Source: Thermoplasmata archaeon
Lineage (GTDB): Archaea; Thermoplasmatota; Thermoplasmata; Thermoplasmatales; GCA-001856825
Assembly (NCBI GenBank): GCA_021797915.1
Contig: JAJZYT010000003.1
Coordinates: 812 to 64,811 of the forward strand
Length of the DNA: 64,000 nt
Direction: 5' to 3'
Shown piece by piece: positions 17,833 through 27,530 of the stretch (the first letter of the stretch is position 1; every line of letters begins with the position of its first letter). The translations under genes and the position numbers were made by a program. A model generated the notes under the pieces. The model saw only the letters and a program-made list of their open reading frames with translations, was not told where the DNA came from and did no database searches.

Positions 17833-19050
17833 ATGGAAGCCTTTCACGGTCTATTCTTCATTAGCGGAGAGTTTAGAGAGAAGTATGTCGTTGTGGACCG
17901 AGGGGTAATCAAGGAAGTGAAGAGCGAGCTATCCGGAATGAATGTCACAAGAATCAAGGGCCACGTCCTCCCTGGCGGTGTGGATATGCACGTCCACTTC
18001 AGGGACCCTGGAGAGACAGAAAAAGAGGACTTCCATTCTGGTTCTCTATCAGCGATGTTTGGTGGGACCACTACTGTTTGTGACATGCCAAACAACAGGA
18101 CTCCGATAACTGACTCAACCACATTCAATTCCAAGCTTCACTCTGTCGCCAAGAGAAGTTACGTAGACTTTGGTCTATATCAGGCTGCATCCTCTGAGAC
18201 CGTTCCCGAAGCAATCGGGCAAAAGATATTTCTCGGTAAGTCGACAGGAGGACTGCTAACGGATCTCAATACCAGCAAATGGGAGGACAAGGTCAAAGTT
18301 GTACACGCAGAATTTCAGGAGTGCATAGACAACAATAAAAGGGAAAACAGTGACCTGCTATCCCACGACATGAACAGGCCTCTGGAGTGCGAGATGCAAG
18401 CCATCGAACACATTTTCAAGTACAATCTTTCTCGAACTCACATAGCACATCTCACCTCAGTGAGATCTCTCGAGTTTGCGAAGTCCCTTGGCTTCACGAC
18501 CGAAGTCACACCGCATCACTTATTGTTGAACAACGCTCTACCATTAGGCTCGCTGGGAAAGGTGAATCCTCCTCTCAGGAAGAAGGTTGTACAAGAGGAG
18601 TTGCTAAAGAGCCTCAATTCAAAATCAATTGACGTTATTGCTTCCGATCACGCGCCTCACACACTTCTCGAAAAGGAGATATTCGGAGATGCCCCCTCTG
18701 GCATTCCCGGCGTCGAAACACGAGTACCTTTGATACTTGCAGCACATAGGAAAGGAGTGATAAGCTTGGAAAAAACAGTTTCTGCATTGATGGAAAAACC
18801 TGCGCAGATATGTGAGATCAATAAGGGATTCATAGCCGAAGGCTACGATGCGGATTTCATTTCTGTGGACCTCAAGAATATGTCGGAAATCAAGGGTGAA
18901 GAGCTGCACTCGAAGTGTGGATGGACCCCATTCGAGAAATTCGGAGGAATCTTCCCTGATTATGTCTATCTGAGGGGAGAAATGATACTTCAAGAAGGGG
19001 ACGTTGTATCCTCTTCATCTGGAGAGTTTCTGAATGGCAAAAAACAGTGA
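17833..19050 (+). CDS. pyrC: dihydroorotase-family cyclic amidohydrolase
   Basis: GGVDMHVHFRDPG and ASDHAPH metal-ligand motifs. Start trimmed to the ATG at 17833, directly after the AMMECR1 stop. The upstream 46 codons of the track ORF overlap the preceding gene. Confidence 0.8.
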   Translation: MEAFHGLFFISGEFREKYVVVDRGVIKEVKSELSGMNVTRIKGHVLPGGVDMHVHFRDPGETEKEDFHSGSLSAMFGGTTTVCDMPNNRTPITDSTTFNSKLHSVAKRSYVDFGLYQAASSETVPEAIGQKIFLGKSTGGLLTDLNTSKWEDKVKVVHAEFQECIDNNKRENSDLLSHDMNRPLECEMQAIEHIFKYNLSRTHIAHLTSVRSLEFAKSLGFTTEVTPHHLLLNNALPLGSLGKVNPPLRKKVVQEELLKSLNSKSIDVIASDHAPHTLLEKEIFGDAPSGIPGVETRVPLILAAHRKGVISLEKTVSALMEKPAQICEINKGFIAEGYDADFISVDLKNMSEIKGEELHSKCGWTPFEKFGGIFPDYVYLRGEMILQEGDVVSSSSGEFLNGKKQ

Positions 19051-19336
19051 GAAGAGGGTAGCGGAGGAGAGGATGAAGGAACTCTTCAAGCTCGCCATCA
19101 ACGATAAAAAACCTGAACAAGCTGACAGGAAATACGAGCTCATCTACCTCTACTCGACGAAGTACAAGACGAAAGTTCCGGAAGAGTCCAAGACGTGGGT
19201 CTGCAAGAAATGCAAGAAGGGAATATATTCCGGAGGGGGGAGAGTCAGAATAAACAGGTCAACTATTACTATCAGCTGCAACAACTGTGGTTATGTGAGA
19301 AGGATCCCTATCTCTCGTCAATCGTCTCTGCAGTGA
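19034..19336 (+). CDS. rnp4: RNase P protein component 4 (Rpp21/Rpr2 family)
   Basis: 100 aa with an N-terminal helical KRVAEERMKELFKLA and a C-terminal zinc ribbon (CKKCKK...CNNCG). Confidence 0.8.
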   Translation: MAKNSEKRVAEERMKELFKLAINDKKPEQADRKYELIYLYSTKYKTKVPEESKTWVCKKCKKGIYSGGGRVRINRSTITISCNNCGYVRRIPISRQSSLQ

Positions 19337-19544
19337 ACAGAACGTTGTATCCGCCTAGGGTCGCATGCACCTTGTCTATCAAAGAGATAGCATCTGAAAC
19401 CGTTGCATGATCTCCCCATTCGTAAACCAGGTCCCTTGTTCCCGTGATTGGATTGAAGCCAAGAGATTGCAGCCTTGTTATTATTTCAGAGGGCCTTTCT
19501 CCCTCTGTGTTGAAGATTATCGATAGGTAAGTTCTCTTGACCAT
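19308..19544 (-). CDS. hypothetical small protein (78 aa)
   Basis: Clean ORF filling an otherwise empty gap. It is convergent with rnp4 and overlaps it by 29 nt. No family recognised. Confidence 0.5.
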   Translation of the reverse strand: MVKRTYLSIIFNTEGERPSEIITRLQSLGFNPITGTRDLVYEWGDHATVSDAISLIDKVHATLGGYNVLFTAETIDER

Positions 19545-19602
19545 TGCCCTTAAATCACCATATCATATTTATTCTTTCTTTAATAGCACTTAAGTGTGCA
19601 CG

Positions 19603-20349
19603 TCAAGAAATCGTCGGCGCCGCTGCGACGATTATCCTCTGTTTAGTCATTGTGTGAGTGCTGCGGTCATACAACATTGATTTCAGTTCATCATCAGAGA
19701 GACTATTTATGAGCTTCTTGCACTCTATTCCGTTCAAGGAATTGGTTTCGACCGGAGACAGCCATTTCTCGAAACTTATCTGTTCTTTGTCGATGACAGA
19801 TTTTATGATTCTGAATCCCGCAGATTTGAGAGAGAACATGAATTCCCCTTCGTTCAGCGCAGCAACGTGAGTATTATCTCTCTTCCTTTCAAGTTTGTTC
19901 AGCAAATCGCCCTTGTCCGTATCTGGAACCAGCATATCGCTGATCGCAAGAATTCCATCCTCATTCAGCAACTCTCTAGACTTCTTGAAGAACAACTCCT
20001 TGTTATCAAAATGGTGCAGAGCCCTCCTGTTCGTTATTGCGTCGAATTTCAGGAAGGTGCTATAAGAGTAATAATCCGACTTTTCAAACTCGACATTTGT
20101 GATCTTGTTAGAAGTAATCAGTTTCTTTGCTTCATTCAACATCGCTTCGGTCAAATCCAGGGCCACAACGTGCTCACTTCTCTTTGAGAGTTCAAATGCA
20201 ACAAAACCGGTTCCAGTAGCTACATCCAAGGCTCTAACAATCCGTTCGGGCAGGAGGCTCATCAAAATTCTAAGATCGTTGCCAGACCTATGGGAATCGC
20301 TCTTAGAGTAATGCTTGGCAAAATTATCGAAGAAAGGATTGTCGCTCAT
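19603..20349 (-). CDS. class I SAM-dependent methyltransferase
   Basis: Motif I LDVATGTGFVAFEL and post-I ALDL; 248 aa. Confidence 0.8.
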   Translation of the reverse strand: MSDNPFFDNFAKHYSKSDSHRSGNDLRILMSLLPERIVRALDVATGTGFVAFELSKRSEHVVALDLTEAMLNEAKKLITSNKITNVEFEKSDYYSYSTFLKFDAITNRRALHHFDNKELFFKKSRELLNEDGILAISDMLVPDTDKGDLLNKLERKRDNTHVAALNEGEFMFSLKSAGFRIIKSVIDKEQISFEKWLSPVETNSLNGIECKKLINSLSDDELKSMLYDRSTHTMTKQRIIVAAAPTIS

Positions 20350-20404
20350 TGAAAACTATATGTCAAATTATATTATAAATTTGCTAAGGCCAGGACGTTT
20401 CAAT

Positions 20405-21328
20405 TCATTCATATTTCACGATGTATCTTGTCAATGAAGTGTGAACTCTGATTTTGCCGACTAACTCCGCCTGACCATACTCTTTTGCGACCGACACTAG
20501 TTCTTCGGTAGGGGTGCAAAAGACTTTCTTCCCCTTAGTTGAAGAGATTAGTGAAAAGAACCTAGAATAGAGAGATTCCCTTGACTGGGAAAAAATCTTT
20601 GCACCTCTGCCATAAGGAGGGTCAGTCACTATTGCTGACATTCCGTCTACAGAAACAAGTTCAGAAAAGTCTCCATGCTTGATATTTTCAGGGAAACCAA
20701 AGTGCCTGAGATTCAAATTTCCACCTTCAACTATCCTCCAGTTTCTGTCAATTCCATATGCATTGATTCCCATCCTGAATCCTTCAATAAGATATGTACC
20801 AGTACCAGCGAATGGATCAATGAAGCTCTCTCCTTCCTTCACTCCAACAATGTTTATCATTCCCCTTGCCAGAACGGGAGTTATGCTAGAAGGATGATTC
20901 ATCGGTCTTGTCTTATACCTTGGATCAAGCAGCTCGCTCATGCTACGTTCATAGATGGTTTCCGTGATGATCGGCACCTTCGAATTGTATATGTAGAAGG
21001 TCACTTCCGGGTTGTCTAGATCTACCCTTCCTGTTACACTCTTCGCGGTAGAGTCAATCAGGGAAGCTCTCCCTGACTCTCTTTTTTCCCTTATTGCATA
21101 TGTCTTTCTCGGTGAAATATCGTAATCCTCAGGGTCTTCCAGGACTCTACCTATCCGCTTCGAGAAAGCGACCCGAGAAGTCAGCTTCTCCGGTTGGTTG
21201 GTAGAAAAGAACAGTAATTTGTCAGTTTCATGTTCTATTTTACCTCCATAGCTTGCAAGAAGTCCTGATATTTCGGCTCTGGAAATGTCTCGAAGATCGC
21301 CAAGGAATTCAGACACTAGTTTCAACAA
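20405..21328 (-). CDS. THUMP-domain tRNA (guanine-N2)-methyltransferase (Trm-G10/Trm14 family)
   Basis: SAM motif DPFAGTGTYLIEG and catalytic VTDPPYG, with an N-terminal THUMP-sized domain. Confidence 0.78.
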   Translation of the reverse strand: MLKLVSEFLGDLRDISRAEISGLLASYGGKIEHETDKLLFFSTNQPEKLTSRVAFSKRIGRVLEDPEDYDISPRKTYAIREKRESGRASLIDSTAKSVTGRVDLDNPEVTFYIYNSKVPIITETIYERSMSELLDPRYKTRPMNHPSSITPVLARGMINIVGVKEGESFIDPFAGTGTYLIEGFRMGINAYGIDRNWRIVEGGNLNLRHFGFPENIKHGDFSELVSVDGMSAIVTDPPYGRGAKIFSQSRESLYSRFFSLISSTKGKKVFCTPTEELVSVAKEYGQAELVGKIRVHTSLTRYIVKYE

Positions 21329-21394
21329 TGGAGAATTGCATAGCAGTAAATGAAAACAGCGATGTTATAACCAAGTTTGACATTTCTGCTTAGC

Positions 21395-22399
21395 ATGCCG
21401 ATATACAAAGAGAGTGGAGTCGATTTTGACTCTGTTGGAAAATTCAGGAATGCTATAATTAGTCAACTTTCATACGAAGGAGGAAAATACAGGAGGGCAG
21501 CTAAGATCGGGCATTACTCTGGTCTGGTTTCGTTCCTTGGGAATTTCCTCGCAATACACACTGACAACGTTGGCACCAAGACCATGACTGCTCTGAAGTA
21601 CAATCACTTCAATGAAATCGGCTACGACTTAGTCGGGATGAATGTGAATGATATCATCTGTATGGGGGCAGAACCCATTGCAATGGTAAATTACATAGCT
21701 GGATCGATGCTCGACGACAGCGCGGGGACCACGATAGGGACGAGCATAAACAATGCTTGTGTGGAAGCAGGAATAACAATGGTGGGCGGAGAGACCGCCT
21801 CAGTCCCAGATCTGGTGAACGGGATTGACATCTCAGGAACTGTGATTGGGCACCTTCAGAAGGGGAAAGAGATAACAGGAATCCGCATCAAAGAGAAAGA
21901 TAAGGTTACAGGTCTTGCCTCTAACGGAATTCACTCGAACGGTTTTTCCCTAATCAGGAAGATTTATGAAAATAAACCGGAGATGCTGGAGGAAGATTTC
22001 CAAGGAAAGCCATTCTGGGAGAGTTTGCTAAAGGGGACCAGAATTTATTCAAAGAAGCTGTTTGAACTTATCCAAGAATTTGACCTCCACGGAATTTCTC
22101 ACATCACGGGCGGCGGAGTTAGAAATCTGCTGAGACTCAAGGAGGCAAGATACAAACTCACCTACCCGGAAATACCTCCCCTGTTTCAGAAAATAAACCG
22201 AGACGGAAAGATACCCAACCAGGAAGCGTTCGAAGTTTTCAACATGGGAATAGGAATGATGATTATATCGTCCAAAAAGGATCAGGATTCAATAATCCAA
22301 GAATTAGGCAAATTCAATCCAACGGATCTCGGAGTTGTAGCAGCTGGCCATGGGATTTCGGTGGACAACTATGGCGTCAGGTACCGTAGCTACTACTAG
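21395..22399 (+). CDS. purM: phosphoribosylformylglycinamidine cyclo-ligase (AIR synthetase)
   Basis: DNVGTKT and VGGETAS motifs. The ATG at 21395 is preferred over the track TTG at 21377. Confidence 0.88.
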   Translation: MPIYKESGVDFDSVGKFRNAIISQLSYEGGKYRRAAKIGHYSGLVSFLGNFLAIHTDNVGTKTMTALKYNHFNEIGYDLVGMNVNDIICMGAEPIAMVNYIAGSMLDDSAGTTIGTSINNACVEAGITMVGGETASVPDLVNGIDISGTVIGHLQKGKEITGIRIKEKDKVTGLASNGIHSNGFSLIRKIYENKPEMLEEDFQGKPFWESLLKGTRIYSKKLFELIQEFDLHGISHITGGGVRNLLRLKEARYKLTYPEIPPLFQKINRDGKIPNQEAFEVFNMGIGMMIISSKKDQDSIIQELGKFNPTDLGVVAAGHGISVDNYGVRYRSYY

Positions 22400-22520
22400 G
22401 AAGTACTCTGACCAGTAATCGAGGAAATAATGCGCTCCTGTCGATATATTTTTAAACTTCGCGACCATTAAGATTTATATTAGAGGATTAACTACTCTAA
22501 ATGAATTGAAGGGTTATGAA

Positions 22521-23039
22521 ATGATAGGTAAGAAAGCACCAGATTTTGACGCGAAAGCATTCGTGGACGGAAAGTTTGAAGACTTTAGACTATCCAAGTT
22601 GAGAGGAAAGTGGGTCGTGCTCTTTTTCTACCCTGCCGACTTCACTTTTGTGTGCCCCACAGAGTTAGAGGGATTTGCAGACAGACTAGCAGACTTCAAG
22701 AAACTTGGAGCCGAAGTGGTTTCAGTCAGCAGAGACACCGTTTTTGTCCACAAGGCGTGGGTTGAAAACGATGATAGAGTTGCAAAGGTGAAGTACGCAA
22801 TGGTGGAGGACAGGAAAGGAGAAATATCAAGGGACTACGGCGTACTCGATGAAGTATCCGGGAATTCACACAGAGGGCTGTTCATTATCAATCCAGAAGG
22901 GATCACGAAATACGTGGTCATCACTGATGACAACGTAGGTAGGAGCACCGAAGAAACATTCAGAGTTCTTGCAGCTCTCCAGAGTGGGGGTCTTTGCCCG
23001 GTCAACTGGGAACCAGGAGAGGCAACACTGAAAGTCTAA
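22521..23039 (+). CDS. typical 2-Cys peroxiredoxin (AhpC/Prx1 family)
   Basis: Peroxidatic FTFVCPTE and C-terminal GGLCPVNW. The ATG at 22521 gives the canonical MIGKKAPDF N-terminus. Confidence 0.9.
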   Translation: MIGKKAPDFDAKAFVDGKFEDFRLSKLRGKWVVLFFYPADFTFVCPTELEGFADRLADFKKLGAEVVSVSRDTVFVHKAWVENDDRVAKVKYAMVEDRKGEISRDYGVLDEVSGNSHRGLFIINPEGITKYVVITDDNVGRSTEETFRVLAALQSGGLCPVNWEPGEATLKV

Positions 23040-23046
23040 TCTTTTC

Positions 23047-23313
23047 TCATTTTATTATTTTAAAATTATCCATGTCATCTTCTTGGACATATCTCTTTTT
23101 CATGTCTGTCACTAGGGCATTTGGAATCTCAGACGTACAGTACTGAATGAGTCTGTCGACCGTGTCTGGGTCTCCCTGGATCATAGCTTCCACGGAACCG
23201 TCCCTCAAATTCTTGACCCATCCCTTCAGGTTTAACCCCTTTGCCATCCTGCGTGTTCGATCCCTGAAACCAACCCCCTGGACGATCCCGTAAAACCTGA
23301 CATTAACCTGCAT
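23047..23313 (-). CDS. acyP: acylphosphatase
   Basis: 88 aa with VQGVGFR and GWVKNLRDGSVE motifs. Confidence 0.88.
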   Translation of the reverse strand: MQVNVRFYGIVQGVGFRDRTRRMAKGLNLKGWVKNLRDGSVEAMIQGDPDTVDRLIQYCTSEIPNALVTDMKKRYVQEDDMDNFKIIK

Positions 23314-23632
23314 TGGTACCCAATAAACAGGACATTCAAATATTTAGTGCAAATTTTTCCGAGTAATTCAGCCACCAATCCTCTGATCCAAGCAATTTCT
23401 AGATGCCTTTCCATTAGAATAAATCATTAATTAGTAAAATAAATTAAAACTGTCATGACTCAAATTGAACAGACCAGAAACGTAACGACCAACTAGCCTT
23501 CATGGAATCCCCGAATGAATAAAAATTGGAAGACTAGAATAGGTCAAGTTCGTCTATTTACAATGAGATTCTTCATAATGTTCGCGAGACTTTTAATCCT
23601 TTAACTTTTCTTCTATTGAGATTTATCTATTA

Positions 23633-23668
23633 ATCAAATAAACTTTAAATAAATCAAATTTATTTGAT
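23633..23668. promoter_or_regulatory. 10-bp perfect inverted repeat ATCAAATAAA-N16-TTTATTTGAT upstream of the ABC importer operon (candidate operator)
   Basis: Read directly (23633-23642 and 23659-23668). It ends 14 nt before the ATG at 23682. The AT-rich context makes chance occurrence possible. Confidence 0.3.
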
Positions 23669-23681
23669 GTAGGGAAGTTAC

Positions 23682-24677
23682 ATGAATAGTCGCTTGAAAA
23701 TAGTAATTGCAGTGGTTGTTGCTTTGGCAGTTGTATTAGGTAGTGTCATCATTTACCATGAAGATGTAGCTGGTAAGGTAAAGGGTGAAATCATCACAAT
23801 AAATACAGGCGATAACCTTCCACTTAAGCTTACAAGAATCGTCTCACTGGACCCAGCAGCAACAGCTACTCTTTATGCACTTGGAGCTTACAAATATCTT
23901 GTTGGAGGTAACTCCTATGATTCCTATCCACCAAATGAAAATATACCTAACGTAACCGATTACCCAAGCATGGATCTTGAACAGATTTATAATCTATCTG
24001 CAGACGCAGTAATATCATTCGACAACTATTCTGGGGCTCAGATATCACAGCTTCTAAACAACGGAATAGATTACGTATTCCTGAGTTCTGACGCTGGAGT
24101 AAATTTTAGCGTTATAGAAAGGCAGAACACTCTACTAGGGGAACTCACTGGAACTGTTGCAAATGCTACAGTGATGAACCAATGGATGAACGTTTCTCTA
24201 TCCGCCCTACACTTGGACGCATTAAGTTATGACCAATCAGAATACAATGGCACGCCCCTTAGGGGATTCTACTATCTGTCATCATTCGGAGGTTACTGGA
24301 CTGCGGGAAACGATACATTCGTAAACTCCTATTTCCAGTATGCTGACTTGATCAACATCGCTGCTCCGTACGATAATGGTTTCTATTCCATCAATCCAGA
24401 AAATATAGTTAACGACAGTCCGCAGGTATTGATACTTGACAGCTATATCAACGTGAGCTCCCTTAATTCATCGGGATCACCTTTTGCGTCTTCACCAGCT
24501 TTGATGAACGGAAAAATATATACGACAACGGCCGATGAAAACATGTTCTCGGAACCAAATTTCAGGGACATTTTTGCAATACAGTGGATCATATATATGG
24601 TATATGGGCAAAATCCTGCGCTGCCCAATTTTCCGATCAACTTGACCTACAATCCCAATCCAAACGGGGTAAGTTAG
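23682..24677 (+). CDS. ABC transporter substrate-binding protein (Fe3+-siderophore/cobalamin type, PBP type 2)
   Basis: N-terminal TM/signal anchor and the motif RIVSLDPAATATLYALGA. Many N-x-S/T sequons. First gene of a three-gene importer operon. Confidence 0.8.
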   Translation: MNSRLKIVIAVVVALAVVLGSVIIYHEDVAGKVKGEIITINTGDNLPLKLTRIVSLDPAATATLYALGAYKYLVGGNSYDSYPPNENIPNVTDYPSMDLEQIYNLSADAVISFDNYSGAQISQLLNNGIDYVFLSSDAGVNFSVIERQNTLLGELTGTVANATVMNQWMNVSLSALHLDALSYDQSEYNGTPLRGFYYLSSFGGYWTAGNDTFVNSYFQYADLINIAAPYDNGFYSINPENIVNDSPQVLILDSYINVSSLNSSGSPFASSPALMNGKIYTTTADENMFSEPNFRDIFAIQWIIYMVYGQNPALPNFPINLTYNPNPNGVS

Positions 24678-24682
24678 AAGTC

Positions 24683-25762
24683 ATGAATGTATTAGAGAAC
24701 GAGAGGGTGACGGCTTTCGTTCAAAGAAGCCGGGAAATGAAGTACGTTTGGATAGGCTTCCTCTTTTTTCTTCTGATCATAACAATTCTCCTATCGGATT
24801 TTATAGGATCGGTGAGAATACCAATCCAGAGTTTATTAGAGATTTATGGAAGTCAGATTCCTTTTCTCTCTCATTTCGTACCTCACGGTTATACCCTAGC
24901 CCAGGAGCAGATCATAGTTCAGCTCAGAGAGCCAGAGATACTAGGAGGCGTTGTGATAGGTGCTTCACTCGGGATTGGAGGAGCTGCGATCCAGAGCATA
25001 TTCAGGAACCCTATATCCGAGCCATACATAATCGGCCTTTCAAGTGGTGCATCCCTTGGAGCCGTGGCGTCTATCGTTCTAGGATTCACGATATTCGGAA
25101 TATATACTCAACAGATAACAGCTTTTGTCTTTGGTCTTTCCGTTGTCTTCATCGTATATTTCTTTGCTCTAAAAGGTGGGAAGATCCATCCCACTTATCT
25201 CCTCTTGACAGGAGTGGCAGTATCGTTCTTTGTTTCAGCAATAGTCGCTCTTCTGTTGTTTACAAATATAAACTTGCAGGGAGAAGTTTTCTTCTGGCTA
25301 TTGGGGTCCCTTGAGAATATAAACTGGACCGTTCTGTATCCAGTTGCGATTGTGGTCTTGATCACATCATATGCAATCTATCTTCAACACAGGGAACTAG
25401 ATGCCATACAGATGGGCGACATGCATGCAAGATCAGTGGGAGTAAATGTAGAAAGGACAAAGAGAATAACTATCTTCATGGTAGCGTTAGGAGTTTCTGC
25501 TTCGGTATCAATTAGTGGTCTTATAGGGTTCGTTGGCCTCGTAATGCCTCACCTTTCCAGAATGCTTCTCGGAGGGTCAAACAGGCATGTCATACCTGCC
25601 TCTGGGATACTAGGTGCTATATTCCTAATCTGCGCTGATGATATAGCCAGGGGGATAGTTCCAGGAGTTGTGATACCAATTGGCATAGTTACAGGCATAA
25701 TAGGTGTGCCATTCTTGATGTACTTTATGAGAAAACTCACGGGAGGAAGGTATGAAGGTTGA
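24683..25762 (+). CDS. ABC transporter permease, FecCD/BtuC family
   Basis: About 9-10 TM helices and a FecCD-like sequence (GASLGIGGAAIQSIFRNPISEPYIIGLSSGASLGA). The ATG at 24683 is preferred over the track start at 24584, which overlaps the upstream gene. Confidence 0.85.
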   Translation: MNVLENERVTAFVQRSREMKYVWIGFLFFLLIITILLSDFIGSVRIPIQSLLEIYGSQIPFLSHFVPHGYTLAQEQIIVQLREPEILGGVVIGASLGIGGAAIQSIFRNPISEPYIIGLSSGASLGAVASIVLGFTIFGIYTQQITAFVFGLSVVFIVYFFALKGGKIHPTYLLLTGVAVSFFVSAIVALLLFTNINLQGEVFFWLLGSLENINWTVLYPVAIVVLITSYAIYLQHRELDAIQMGDMHARSVGVNVERTKRITIFMVALGVSASVSISGLIGFVGLVMPHLSRMLLGGSNRHVIPASGILGAIFLICADDIARGIVPGVVIPIGIVTGIIGVPFLMYFMRKLTGGRYEG

Positions 25763-26495
25763 AATTGAGAACGTGACGTTCCAGGTGCCTTCATTCCAGC
25801 TTGGTCCTTTAGGTTTTTCAGTTGAAGAAGGTACTATAACAGCAATAATTGGCAAAAACGGTTCAGGAAAGTCCACTACATTAAAGCTTATTCACGGAGA
25901 CCTTAAGCCAAACACGGGAACTGTACGGATTGATAGAACAAAGGTATCATCGCTAAGCAGTTTAAAGCTTGCAGAGAAGACATCATTTGTTTGGCAGGAA
26001 ATATTCAGCCCGATGAGCTTTTCAGTCAGGGACGTGATGAACGTTTCCGGTTATAAGAGGGGTACCGACGAAAACAGGATGGAAGGCGCACTGGACAAGG
26101 TTGGGCTTGCACCTTTCATAGACAGAGATTTCTCTGTTCTAAGTGGAGGAGAGAGAAGATTGGTGACCCTTGCTGCAGCAATTTATCAGGACTCTGAAAT
26201 AATGATAATGGATGAACCAACTAACTTCCTAGATATCGACAATCAGATACTCATTTACAATCTTATGAAGGGATTGAGGGAAGAAGGGAAGACCATTATC
26301 ATGACTATGCATGATCTAGACGCCGTTCATAATCTTGCAGATTCAGTGCTCATTCTCAGAGATGGGAAGAAAATAGCTTGGGGCGATACAGACTCCACGT
26401 TGACCCTTGAAAACCTCAATAAAGCATTCAACGTCTCATTCCACACCTACAATACTGTCAATGGAAGTTCTTTTGTTGGCTCCTATAATGGTTGA
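25752..26495 (+). CDS. ABC transporter ATP-binding protein (FepC/BtuD-like)
   Basis: Walker A GKNGSGKST, signature LSGGERR and Walker B IMIMDEPT. Confidence 0.88.
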   Translation: MKVEIENVTFQVPSFQLGPLGFSVEEGTITAIIGKNGSGKSTTLKLIHGDLKPNTGTVRIDRTKVSSLSSLKLAEKTSFVWQEIFSPMSFSVRDVMNVSGYKRGTDENRMEGALDKVGLAPFIDRDFSVLSGGERRLVTLAAAIYQDSEIMIMDEPTNFLDIDNQILIYNLMKGLREEGKTIIMTMHDLDAVHNLADSVLILRDGKKIAWGDTDSTLTLENLNKAFNVSFHTYNTVNGSSFVGSYNG

Positions 26496-26663
26496 AATAA
26501 CCTCACAAATTCCATTCGTAGTATGTCTCTGTCCCTGATTGCAGAACATAATCCTTCTTTGATGTTATTCACAATCGTATAGACCAGGAACCAAAACTAG
26601 CAGATGAGTTGGAAAACAGACTTGAAGAGTCTTCAAAAAGACAGACTAATTTATCAGTTTTTA

Positions 26664-27530
26664 TCAACACAGAGTAAGACCGGTCGAAGATATCTTTGTC
26701 TTAATGGGGTCTCCATATTTTCTGAGAACGTCAAGAGAATCCTGATCGTAGAGTGCGATAATGCTATCTCCAATTAGTGAAACGGAAGCGTATTTTCCAG
26801 TAAGATCGTTCAAGATCTTCTCTGCCTTCTGAGATACAAGTTCAGAATCAAACGCGAATTTACGCCCTATGAGAAATGCATTCTTCAGTGTTGGTTTCTT
26901 CATGAAAGACTTGAAGGCTTTTTTTCCATTTGTAATGATATCTTCCAGACTGGAAGGTGACTTTATTATTTCTCCTGTTGGGGTCTTCTTCTTGAATGGC
27001 AAAATGATCAGTTCTGAAGGTCCTTCAAGTATTCTTTCGGTTACAGAATATGGAAAACTCCCTCCCTTCAACCGTACATGAAATCCACCCATCATCTGTG
27101 ACTGAACATCCCCAAGGCCGGTTCCCCGTTGAAGTTCAATTCGATGAGCCATTTCATATATTTTTCCACTTACAGCATCATCTCCAATGATCGCAGCTGC
27201 TGTTGTCAGGGCTGCTCCTGCGCTCAATCCGAACCCACTGGATGGAGGGAGGTCGGAATAAGAAAATATCTTTCCATTGAACTTTAGCAGTTTTGCTACT
27301 TCCTCCTGTACTGAATTGTCAATAGGTATTCCATTGAACCTTATGTCCATTGAATCTGATCGTTCAACTCTCGTCGTGATTCCCGTCTCAATGCATATCT
27401 CAACACCCTTTGATCCTTTCCTAAGGACGTTCCGTTCTTTGTTAGGTACGAAGAATAGGGTTGCGCTTCCTGGGGAAAACGCCTTATGGGAGTAACTTGA
27501 GGATTCTCCCTGCAACTTCAAGCTTGTCAC
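26664..27530 (-). CDS. GHMP-family kinase, pantoate kinase-like (COG1829-type)
   Basis: GHMP motif PPSSGFGLSAGAALTTAAA and RGTGLGDV. It lies immediately downstream of coaBC and overlaps it. The start is uncertain. Confidence 0.65.
   Translation of the reverse strand: MTSLKLQGESSSYSHKAFSPGSATLFFVPNKERNVLRKGSKGVEICIETGITTRVERSDSMDIRFNGIPIDNSVQEEVAKLLKFNGKIFSYSDLPPSSGFGLSAGAALTTAAAIIGDDAVSGKIYEMAHRIELQRGTGLGDVQSQMMGGFHVRLKGGSFPYSVTERILEGPSELIILPFKKKTPTGEIIKSPSSLEDIITNGKKAFKSFMKKPTLKNAFLIGRKFAFDSELVSQKAEKILNDLTGKYASVSLIGDSIIALYDQDSLDVLRKYGDPIKTKISSTGLTLC

Noticed and set aside
23232-23414. 60-aa minus-strand ORF overlapping the acyP 5' end.
   Set aside because: It is an alternative frame of acyP plus upstream spacer, and has no motifs.
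23653-23665. 13-mer ATCAAATTTATTT shared between the ABC-operon leader (23653-23665) and the region upstream of the 62696 regulator (63093-63105), considered as a common operator.
   Set aside because: It is pure A/T-rich sequence. A rough estimate suggests many such chance matches in a 64-kb AT-rich window.
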